Assembly (NCBI RefSeq): GCF_036321535.1
Contig: NC_087436.1
Span: forward strand, 44,890,001-44,954,000
Length of the DNA: 64,000 bases
Direction: 5' to 3'
DNA from: Camelus dromedarius
Lineage: Eukaryota
Below are positions 53,559 through 64,000 of the stretch, in pieces (positions within the stretch are counted from its first letter, which is position 1; each line of letters opens with the position of its first letter). The translations under genes and the position numbers were made by a program. The notes beneath the pieces were generated by a model that was given only the letters and a program-made list of their open reading frames with translations, was not told the DNA's origin and did not search any database.

Positions 53559-54853
53559 CTATAAATGTGAGGAAAAAACTCACAAAATTCTTTTTGTGTA
53601 ATTTTAATTTCTATTTCAGCCCATTCACAGTTTTATTACCCTCATTTTTAACCTACTTAATTCACAAAGGAGTTATGTGGTCACACTTACCATTTTTAAC
53701 ACTGCATTTAAGGAATGTTGCTCTCTTGAGAGAGACCTCAGCCCCAATTGAAGAGTTAGACAAAGATCCAGTATAGACCTGGCTTGAAAACAAGCTTCTG
53801 ATTTCATTCTTATTAACCTTTAGAGGTTTGATCATAATTTGCTAGCACATGCAGCCATGGTCTTTTAATGGAACTGTGTGGATGTATGAAAATACCTCTA
53901 ATTAAATCTCTGTCAAACACACTGCTACCAATGTTGTATAGTTTGTGTTCATATACAAAATCTCTTGAATGCCTCTCCAAGTTTACAAAATCCATGTTAA
54001 AAGAGCCAGCATTGCAAAAAAATGTTACGGCATATGTTTGGATTTTTGTATTTCGGAGTCCTGACTACTTTATCTGAATTACAGATTTAGAGCTTTGTTA
54101 TGTGTGATAGTTATGATAATATGATCACTAAAGGCACAGAGACAGGGAGACTCAAATCCCTTTGAAAATCCCTTTCTCTATTTCCTACAGCTGCTGCAGG
54201 AGTTTAATATCTGATAGAATGATGAAAAAGAACAGGCCGAACTCCAGTTTTAATAAAAATTTTAACAGGTCTACATATAGTTATGAAAAATGTTATTTGC
54301 AATGCCGATTTTTAATAAAATTTTCTTAAACCAAAGAAAAAATCCCCAAGGGGAACCTGATATGAGTGTGTTTTTCATATGTACTATTTAAGGCTCTTTA
54401 AAGGTTATGAAAGTGACAGATAAAATAAGTTCTATTCTATACAACACAAACCTGAGTGCCCTTGCACTTTCTCGTTTTAATCAAATAAATAAGCAAAGCT
54501 TTCATTTTGTATATCAGGTCAGAAAAAAACATTATCATACTGCATAGTCAATTTTTCTTGTCAGCAATAAAAACTCACATTACTAAATAGCTGCATTTTT
54601 AAACAAATCGAAGCACTATTAACACATACACCAAAGCAGTCTACAGTCTGTGAAAGTGTGAGGCTAGGAAATAATACATTTTCATAAAATTATGTCGCTC
54701 CATGGGCATTTTGAATTTGAGAAATTATATACAATTTGAAAACATTTATTTCTATGACAGAAAATGAATACAGTAAGTATGAAAAAATGAAATTTAATTG
54801 AATCTGGGAACTTCAGAACTACTGAAGAGTGTCTCTGTAAAGTAGGAACATAC

Positions 54854-55058
54854 CAAACAGGAGCCTCATATTCAGTGACTGGCATCGGGGCACCGCGCTG
54901 TGAGTACCTGTTCGTCATGATCCAACTACCCAGAGAATAAAGTCGGGAGGCAGTAAGTGTCCCCAGTGTCCCCAGAAGTGTTGCTCCCTCCACAGAAAAC
55001 AGAAACCCAGTGTTTAGAGGAGATCAGAAAGAAACTTCAATTTACTGATCCACAGCAG
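54854..55058 (-). other. Candidate exon (205 nt, or 151 nt with the inner donor at 54907)
   Basis: ccttaccattttacag|CTGCTG...; donors CAG|gtactc and TTG|gtatgt; locally GC- and CpG-rich relative to the flanks. Confidence 0.45.
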
Positions 55059-56214
55059 CTGTAAAATGGTAAGGCTTTGAAACTCACAATATGCTAAACA
55101 CAAACAACAGGTTCAGTTTTAATCCTTCAAATGTGTGGATTGACATTATTACTATCAAAGCCACTGCGCTCGAGTGAGGCACTGAGTTCTCTCACAATAC
55201 TGCCCTTGTCATTGTTTCTGAAACTTTTCGAGGACTGAAGAAGGCTTTTTAATACAATACTCCAGTTGCAATATGTTAATATTTTTTTAAGCTTGATAGA
55301 TTCTTTAACGAAAACTGGCTACACTAATCCTCTATGACCATTCTGTTCTTTACAGAAGGGCATGCAATATGTAGCTCTAACGTACAGACTATACTGTAAC
55401 CCTAAATAAATACGTGCTTTTGAAAACATTAAATTTATTATGCACTAAAATGAGGAGAGTAAAACATTACACATTTTATTACTGAGAATTACAGGGTCGG
55501 AGTATTTGAGCCATATTCTAAACTTTTTGGCCTTTTTTATACAATTTATAACCGGAAATTGAGAGCTGTTGCTTCGTACCATATTCATAATCGGTTCTCT
55601 AAGAATATTTTAAATGACTTTCACAATTCTAAAACCAAATCAAAATTGTTGACCTAATTTGCTTACTTGATAGTTTCCTGCATTTTTAGTTAAGACATTT
55701 TTTTTTAATGAGGTGGTAGGCAGTGGCCTTAATCAGGGGGATTTGAAAAAATTGGTGGACTCAAGGTAACAAGAGTGAATGAAAGAATAATTTATTGCTG
55801 TGACCATTTTCTCCCTTGATTTCTGTATTGGGATTACAGTGGATTATTTCCAACCAGATCCTATTTTTCAGGTCCTTGTAGATACTCCTGATATTACACA
55901 AATTGGAGAGCAAATTTCTGAGATCATATCTGACAGGCAAATGCTTAAAAAATTTATGATTGCACGGAAAAGATAGGGGAAAACACACGTGACAAAAATA
56001 GTGCTATAGCACTAATATCTTAGATTCCCTACTTTAAGCATTTTTATGCCATTTTAAGAAACAGTTCGATGTTTCATAAAAGTATTTGCTTTCAGTGATA
56101 AACTAAATTCTGAGATGCTAGTTTAAACATGCTTTGATGAATTTCACATTTTAAAATAGCACAAGATTTTAGAAAATAAAAACTGGAGATCTTTTAGGTT
56201 TTCCAGGAAAGCTA

Positions 56215-56247
56215 TACACACACACACACACACACACATACACATAT
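56215..56247. repeat. (CA)n microsatellite
   Basis: Read directly. Confidence 0.95.
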
Positions 56248-56338
56248 GAAGAAATGTCCTTAGAAAATAAAAAATCATCTTATTTTAAAATATATGTTCA
56301 GGCCTTTAATGGAAGCTCTAGAAAAAATTTATACTTAC

Positions 56339-56409
56339 CCCTCCATATGGCCTTCAAGAAATCTACTATGTATCAAAATATGTTCCTAAATAGGCATATT
56401 TTTATCCTC
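56339..56409 (-). other. Candidate 71-nt non-coding exon with textbook splice signals
   Basis: tactaac branch point (56432-56438), tgtctcatttcag acceptor, GGG|gtaagt donor; stops in all three frames. Confidence 0.6.
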
Positions 56410-56923
56410 CTGAAATGAGACATTGATATTAGTTAGTAAGACTTAATTTTACTCTCACAAAACAAGGAACAACATTCTACTACCAAGTTCCTCCCACCAA
56501 AAAATAAAACTTCAGTCAAATACAGATAAACAAAATTATTAATTTTAATTGAATCCCTTATAGAATTTATGAAATACTTATAATCAATGATCATTAATTG
56601 AGCATATTAACAAAATTCTGCATTTTTCCTCCAAATTTTACTACAATGTTTAGCCAGTGTACTTTGGGCATCAGTTTCATACAGCCCTTGGATAAAACTG
56701 TCTATATGTCTGTGAAGAAATGAGTTGTGTTCCTTTTTCCTCATAGGTACAGTACTTTGTCATACTAATTTTTATCTGTATAATTAAAGGGATTTTAAAA
56801 TGCAGCACTTTGGGAAAAAAATGTATAATTACCTGAAAAGTTTAGGTTGCTATTTTTATTTTAGAGGAAGTAGATACAAATATTAAATACTATTTTAAAT
56901 TATTTCATTGCTTAACTGTCATG

Positions 56924-56937
56924 GTTTCCATAGAAAC
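56924..56937. promoter_or_regulatory. RFX X-box-like site
   Basis: GTTTCCATAGAAAC, a near-palindromic match to the RFX consensus. Confidence 0.4.
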
Positions 56938-58669
56938 CACTTCAGGTTTTCCTAAGCCATAATGACTCTAACCATTGGTCTTTGTAAAAGCTTTCGTACA
57001 CCAGACTAGTGATCCTCTCCTACCTAAAACTTGATGGTGAAATAAATTACACTGAATATATATATTTAGAGTTTAATTATACAATATTTTAAAAAATAAC
57101 CATATTTTTATAAATACAAAGAGATGTGAGGAAAGAGGGGAGCAGTAAATTTCCCAGATAATTAGTGGTTTTATTTTACTTCAAAATATGGAGTAGCATT
57201 TATCTATATCTTCACAACAAATTATCATGAATTATAGGAATATATTATTGCATATTAAACAGCCCTAGCTTTGAATTTCCTCATTGGCCTTGATCTGTAT
57301 GGTCCTAACAGAGGATTCTGCTTTGTTATTAATTATATGTTTCTTACGTCATCAAATGTGTTCTTAAATCTTGGTAGAATTTTCTTCAAGACTTTCAAAC
57401 AGCAGGGGCACCCGAGAGATCGATTTTCTTTGTCTTCATATTCTAAAATAATACCTCCAGATAGCTTTTCTTTAAGAAAACCAGATCACTTGGAAAACAG
57501 ATAAATTAGGATGTGATTATTCACATCACAAAAGAATTCACAGATGGTGTCCTGTAAATAGGGAGCTCCCTATTTAAGTGTTTGCTTACAGATCATTAGC
57601 TACTTGACAAAGAGGCTATGGGAGCAAAAAAATTAGAGCTCAAATGCTGGGCGATACTGCCAACTGGAGATCAATCAAAAATGAGGAAAATAAAGCACCC
57701 ATGAAAACACCATGTAAAACAGAAAGTATGATTTACTTTAAATGCATATATACACTTCATGCATGTGTTTACTTCCTATGTATACAAACATACACCCACA
57801 GTATATATGTTTACATGTTCATACTACATACCTGAAGAGGCAGCTTTACCATAAAGTAAGATCAACAAAAACTCCAGCTGGATTTCCTTAGTTGATTTTA
57901 GAGATTTTAAAAATGATTCACAGATTTTTAAATGTATATTGTGCTAAGTACTTCCAGTGATAGAATATATGACATTTCTACTTTTAGGCTGCATAATGGG
58001 GTAATTGTCACAGACCTAACTGTCTTGTCAAAAGTAATTGTATTCTTCTTACAACAAACTTACTAAATTCTTACTCTGTATAAGACATTTTGCTAAACAC
58101 TTAAAGAAAAAAACAAAGTATTCATCATTATAGAGACAAAATAGAAGTTCAAGTGTTTTTTTCCTAAATGTGCTCATTAATATATTTATAAATTTGCTGT
58201 TATAAAATACTAAATTAGAAAGGATTATTTACAAAAATAATATCTTTGTTTTGAATTTGAAGATCATAAATGGGTCCTAAACCAGTGAAGGGATGTCCTT
58301 AGCAATCAAGGTGGTAAATATAAAAAGACTGGTTAGAAAACTGTCTTCAATCGAAGTTCCTTCTCTTATTAAATTTTGAAAGAAAAGGAAAGTATGTGTC
58401 AGGAAGAGAGGAATAAAGTGGAAAATATCCAGATTTGTACTAAAAGTCTTCTTGGCTTATTGTCAAGGCAAGCTTTATCTTTCATTTATTAACTGTTAAT
58501 GACAATCAATCTCTTGAGGATTATTGAATAAAAATTAAAATTTACTGAAAAATTAATGGCAGATAAGTTTCAATGTTTAAGTTTACTTAGGTTTGTTTAC
58601 CATAAGAAAGGGAAACCTTAAGATGTGAGACCTTTTTGCTGTGATCGAGACCTTGCTCCGCTGCTGTCA

Positions 58670-58790
58670 AAATTCAGTTCAATACAATTCCGGAAGTAGA
58701 TACTGATGGCTTTCTGCATGCCTAGTACTGGGCCAGACAGTTGGTCAATAAAATGTACACAGATTGTGCTTTCCAAAAGTTTACCCACAT
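58670..58790 (-). mobile_element. Short L2 3' end fragment
   Basis: aattcagttcaata...tactgatggctttctgcatgcctagtactgggccagaca. Confidence 0.45.
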
Positions 58791-60121
58791 TAGCTCCTAT
58801 TTTACCCTATACAATAATTATTTACTCTTTAAATTGTATCCTGAGAACAAACTTAGAAACCTTGTTAGATTTCCAAAATAAGTTCAAAAACTTTTAGTGC
58901 CTTATTTTTATAAAATACTTTCATCTTAGCACCCAAGTTTTATTTGGGCCTCTTAAACCAGTCTAGATAAACTAGAGAGAAAAAAAGAAAACTTTTAATG
59001 CACCATTAATTTTAAAAGTATTTTAAATCAATTTTCCCACCAACATTCTAGAAATAAATTCAAACTGCTGATGTAGCTTATTTAGAAGAACAAATCATAT
59101 ACAGCATGGAAAAGAGTTACACTTTCTTTCAAGTGAGTAACTGGACTTTAAAAAAATTGCTTTGAAGTCTAAAAGTCGTGATACTTCATTTGGATTTGGG
59201 GTGGAGGGGTTAAAGAATAAAGCAAAGTTGTGCAGAAAAAGTGTAAAAGGGAGAAAAGAAAAACAAGTTTCTTATTACAGCTAAATCATTTCAGGGAAAA
59301 AAGAGATGGATTTGGCAGTAACCACTAAGTCAAAGTTTAATACCACAGAAAGACAATATAAGACAAAACACTCGTATTAAAGGTGGCACACTTCAAAGCC
59401 AGAAAACAATTCATAACATTCTTAATCTTTCTTACGACTCTTATGGAGTAGTTTCCTTTATTTCAACACCATTCTATCTCTGCATTCCATCACAATCCCA
59501 GCATTCCATACAAGGAACAGTGTGTGTCACTAGATTCAAAATAAGCCTAATATGTTTAACTACTAAGTAATCACAAACCCTATAAATCATTCAATATGAA
59601 AAATTTGGATTTTTGAATGAAATTTTATTGGAGACATTACTTTCACAATAATAAAATAAATTAATTATGGCTTAGCCATGTAGATCAACTGTGTATAACC
59701 TCTAAAATACATTTGTTTCTTATCCTAATACCTGGGCATACACACATTGAGTATTGATATATCATGAATATTTGGGATGCACTTAAGTTGGGATAAGTGC
59801 AATAAAAAAAAATTGACTGATGCAAAGATGGCAACACAAGGATTTGCCTTTTTAAGACATGGGTAACTAGTCTGGTTAGATTACACGTGAGATAAAAATA
59901 CACAGTTTAGTACTCATTTTAAAAAAATTAGCAACATATCAGGGGACACAGACTATTTTGGTTTGTTTGGGTTTTGCTGTTTGTTTTACTCTAAATTTGC
60001 AATGACTGCTTTACACAGTACAGCGTTCTAGAATGCTCACAATTAATATTAAAGGTCCCGGATTCTCCTGAGAGCTTTATTCCTGGGAAGGCTCTGAATT
60101 TCATTAAGTGGGTACACATAC

Positions 60122-60225
60122 CTGTGGGAAGAAGAAAATTCCCAGGACCTGCAAGCTCATATCTCCACGCTTTCCAGCCGGAGCGTGGAAGTGCTGGGCA
60201 CTTGGGGTGGTAGCTCAAAACCACT
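60122..60225 (-). other. Candidate 104-nt exon ending in an acceptor-like/donor junction
   Basis: ttccttccccaatgattag|AGTGG...TTTTCTTCTTCCCACAG|gtatgt. Confidence 0.35.
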
Positions 60226-60755
60226 CTAATCATTGGGGAAGGAAATTGTTTATTCTTTGCCATATTGGCAAAGAAATGTTTTTAAAAAGCAGCTTTGAAG
60301 ATGTAGAGAATTTTATTTAATTTGTTAATTTGATGACTAAAAATTACTGCTATCAAATACATAGTACCCCATTGAAGAGAATTTAAAGTAGATTTTGACA
60401 AGATACATTTATTTACAATAACAGAACCATTGCTAGTAGTTTTAAGTTTTGCAACATATATGTCTGAAATGGGACTCCTTGAAAAAAAGGTATAAAAAAG
60501 AATATTTTCAAATAAACTATGAAACTTTAAAAAATAAACATGACATTTATAAAGTAAGAGTATTTACTTCTCTGGAAAACTATTTCAAACAGGCTTGTCT
60601 GAACCAGTTTCTTCATTAAATTGTACAAAATGAATCAAGTTATTAAATGTACTTCTTTCTATGTTCCTAGCAGAGGATCAACTTCAAAAAGTGATAATAC
60701 ATCATTTATTAACAGAGGAAAGTATTTGTCATTTTGGCACCAGTCTTGTTCTATG

Positions 60756-60763
60756 TGACGTCA
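60756..60763. promoter_or_regulatory. Full palindromic CRE (TGACGTCA)
   Basis: Exact 8-mer in CpG-poor sequence; function inferred only. Confidence 0.35.
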
Positions 60764-61619
60764 GAACAGTTGACTTGTTCTAAACCATTCTTTAAAAGCA
60801 ATATAGGCTATATTAAAATTTATATGACACTGGATTGTTGACAAAAGCAGTTATAAACTGAGTGTCAACTCAGTGACAATTAATATCAGCCATTATGATA
60901 GGTTTTTCTAAAGAATGCTTTACATTTCTATTCTTTAAAATATGCCTTTGTTTATTTTGTACAAGCAAAGAGAGGAAATGCATTTTATGTAAAAAAATAA
61001 ACAGTGGCATTGTTTGTTTTTTAATCAGTATATCAAGAATCAGATGAATATTGATGTTTATTTTGAAAGAAACAAAAAACAGTAGATGACTACTTCAATT
61101 AACTAAAGGCTTTTAGATTTAGGAAAACTTTCCAGAGGATGTTATTTCTGATTCAAAGATAAAATTCCATTATACCAAGAATGATCACAATGAATATCTC
61201 TAAAGTTTATCTAATGAATCACTAGTTTTTAAACCTGATGATAATATGCATACTTTAAGAAGTAAAAGAAATATTTGATAAACTAAGGAATTTATATAAT
61301 ATCATCATGATTTAATTTTTCCTATAATATTACCTGTTTTTGTTCGAATATGTGCAATGTTTTGATGAAAATACCTTTATGGATATTTTGAATATTGAAT
61401 TTGGATCCTTCTTAGGAAAACGTCTGCAATGTAATTTAAATGACTATTCAGTATCTGAGAAAATTTGCCCTTTCCGAACATTAAGGACACTGGTGACAAC
61501 TGGTTCAATGCTTGAACAGATATCAGCAAAATAATTTTATATTTAAAATAATATCTGGAATGGAAAGATCTAGATAATCTAAGAGCTTTAAAGTTACTGC
61601 AATTCTAGGTGTAAACTTA

Positions 61620-61905
61620 AAATGTCTTATTTTGGGAATCTTTTCTGAAAATGAGACATTGGTATAGAGATGGTTGGTGAGTCAAGTCAGGATCAAATAG
61701 AAGAAACCACAATATTCAATGTGACTGAGTCTGATTATAATACATCATGGGTTTTTTTTTTTCTTTTTTCTGTGTACAAGGATGTGGAAACTGGTAACTA
61801 CAACAAGCCCTGGAACACTATCCATCAACAGGAGACAGAAGCATTCCAACTGAAGCAGAACTAAAAGATGAGCTTTGGAAGTGTGCTTGACTGATAGATG
61901 GATTA
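61620..61905 (-). mobile_element. Degenerate L2 fragment
   Basis: agagatggttggtgagtcaagtcaggatcaaat...ggatgtggaaactgg...gcttgactgatagatggatta. Confidence 0.4.
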
Positions 61906-64000
61906 CACAGGTAGATCAATAGGTAGATAGACAGACAGATATGAAAATATGTTTACAGTTCTCTAATACATCAAGCCGTCGTGTTACTCTTTTTAATTGC
62001 TGTCACTTTCTCTCTCTTCTCATGAAGCTTTCATCTCCTCCAAAACACCCTCTTTCTAAGAGATTTAGTGATAACAGGGAGAGGAGAAACTGGTCCAAGC
62101 CTAGAGATAGGCATCTGAAACAATAGACTACTGTCTAATACTTGAAACCAAAGGAAGAGATATGCTTTTTTCATAAGAGGTCTCAATGAGATTTGAGTCA
62201 TGACTAAGGCTACACCTAACACAAATAGTTGTTGGCTCACAGAATTTTCACTTTTAAACTAGATATTATAGCATTCTCCTACAGATTCATTTGTTCTTTC
62301 ATGCAGCTCAACTCTAAATCTAGTACTAATCTAACTATCACTGCATGTAGATTATAAATGTTTTATGCAAATGAATCTTTACAAAATATTCAGAAAATTG
62401 GTTTTAAAATTTCAGAAACTATCCTTTTTTAAAAAAAAACCAACTCATTTTACGAGGAAGAAACTTGAAATATATGATGTATTGATACATTAATACTTGG
62501 AATCCAGTTTATCTATCCTTTTTTTCCATTGGCTTTTTTCATAGACATGCTAAGGCCTGGAGAAAACGAATGCTATTGTTATAAAATGGCCCATTGACTG
62601 ACCTACAAAAATTCATCTTATAACACCCATTTTTTTCATCAAAATCATCACCATAATTTGAAACTGAATATTGCCCTGGGGAAATATCTTTAAAGACATG
62701 CTTACCACAAATATTCTTGAACACTACATTCTAATGTTTGAGAAAGAACAATACTATAGAAGGCAAAATATCAATCAGCAAGTTATAACATTTTTGCTGT
62801 TTCATCTTGAAATAAATGAACCAATTAGGACTAAAAGTCAACAGGCAAATTATAATGCCAAGAGATTCTGCTAAGAAGTTTATGAAAGTCAGGATCTCTC
62901 AGCTTTACTTTGTTAAATACACAAACAGTGGATTACTGTGAAGGAAAAATATGTGCTATGAGAAATTACAGTTGGCCATACAAAATGGTGAAATATTTAC
63001 ACAAATCATATCCTCATTTTGTGTGTGTTTTTATTGTAAGATGATGATAATTCTTTTGCCAATATTTTTTTCTAAACATTTAAGATTAAGACAAACTCGG
63101 ATTAGTTGATGAGTATCTTTCTACACAGAGCCAGGAAAAATGATTAGAATTAGTACAAAATTTATATCAGGAAATTTATATGCCCTATAATGTGAAACTA
63201 AATTACTTTTCCTTTGTGTACAAGAATGGAAGATTATAGACATGAACCTACCACCAAAATGTGTTGGTTTTGAAAAAGTAAATAATGATATAATTTAGAT
63301 ATAATAATTTTAATTAAAATATATTCTGGATTATATATTATATATATATAATATTATGGCACACTAAAATGAATATCAAATGAGTATCTTCTTAGGACAC
63401 AAGTCAACAAACATATACAGAATACTTATATTATCATATCTGTCCCTCTCTCTATATGAGACTACATCAGATACGCAGAGCTTGGGTTATAGATATTCTT
63501 TCTGTTGCTTTTCTCTCCTCCCAAGGAAGAAACTTATGACTTACAAATTATATAAATAGTGTTTCATAGTGCATGCTTTATTCTGTTTTAGCTAAGGTTT
63601 CTACAAATAGATAATATATAGAATCAATAAAATGCTAGAGGAAAAGCACATTTAAAATATATGCTTATGTAATGAATTGTAGAGTCAAAATTTGGTGTGC
63701 GCTTATATATCTTCACTCTTTTATGTCACAGAGCATGAGAGCACCATTTGTTTGCATGGTTCATCATTCGATATATTTAGATACACTGAACCAAATTATC
63801 CCTTGAAATGGAATCGTATAAAGACCTTGATGTCTTTGGTTGCCCCAAAAGGTTTTAGTCATAATTACCAATATGCACATCATAAATGGCAAACAATCTA
63901 TAAAAAAAACCCTCAAGATCAATGTTCCCTGCATTTCAGTAAAAGTTACGCTTAATATCCATTTCAGAAATTTTTGTTTTGGAAAATAGCAATTTTTGGT

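Noticed and set aside
55006..55018. CCCAGTGTTTAGA, matching the 5' end of miR-199b
   Set aside because: The match stops after 13 nt and there is no hairpin or 3p arm
1..64000. Naming the host gene
   Set aside because: No coding exon or sequence that I recognise with confidence; architecture alone cannot identify it
1..64000. Prokaryotic-type systems (CRISPR arrays, operons, defence islands)
   Set aside because: The sequence is mammalian intronic-type DNA with no repeat-spacer array or gene-dense segment

Overview
This is AT-rich mammalian genomic DNA, almost certainly camelid (camel, alpaca or llama), judging from a Vic-1-type tRNA-derived SINE at about 1001-1145. I can support no intact protein-coding exon, rRNA, tRNA or known miRNA. 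The ORF-track entries are chance ORFs or decayed transposon fragments (Tigger1 transposase, L2 ORF2). The window looks like the interior of a very long transcription unit. Blocks of old repeats (L1, HAL1, L2, MIR, MER5, MLT1, LTR33, Tigger1) alternate with two long stretches where I see almost no transposons (about 20.7-30.4 kb and 44.7-58.6 kb). Those stretches contain a series of minus-strand exon-like units with good splice signals. Most have stops in all frames, and several carry small self-contained AUG ORFs. This suggests a multi-exon non-coding 5' leader or a lncRNA running right to left, plus candidate recursive splice sites and enhancer-like motif clusters. I could not identify the host gene. 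Repeat boundaries are approximate and read by eye. Exon calls rest on motifs only and need RNA-seq or conservation support.
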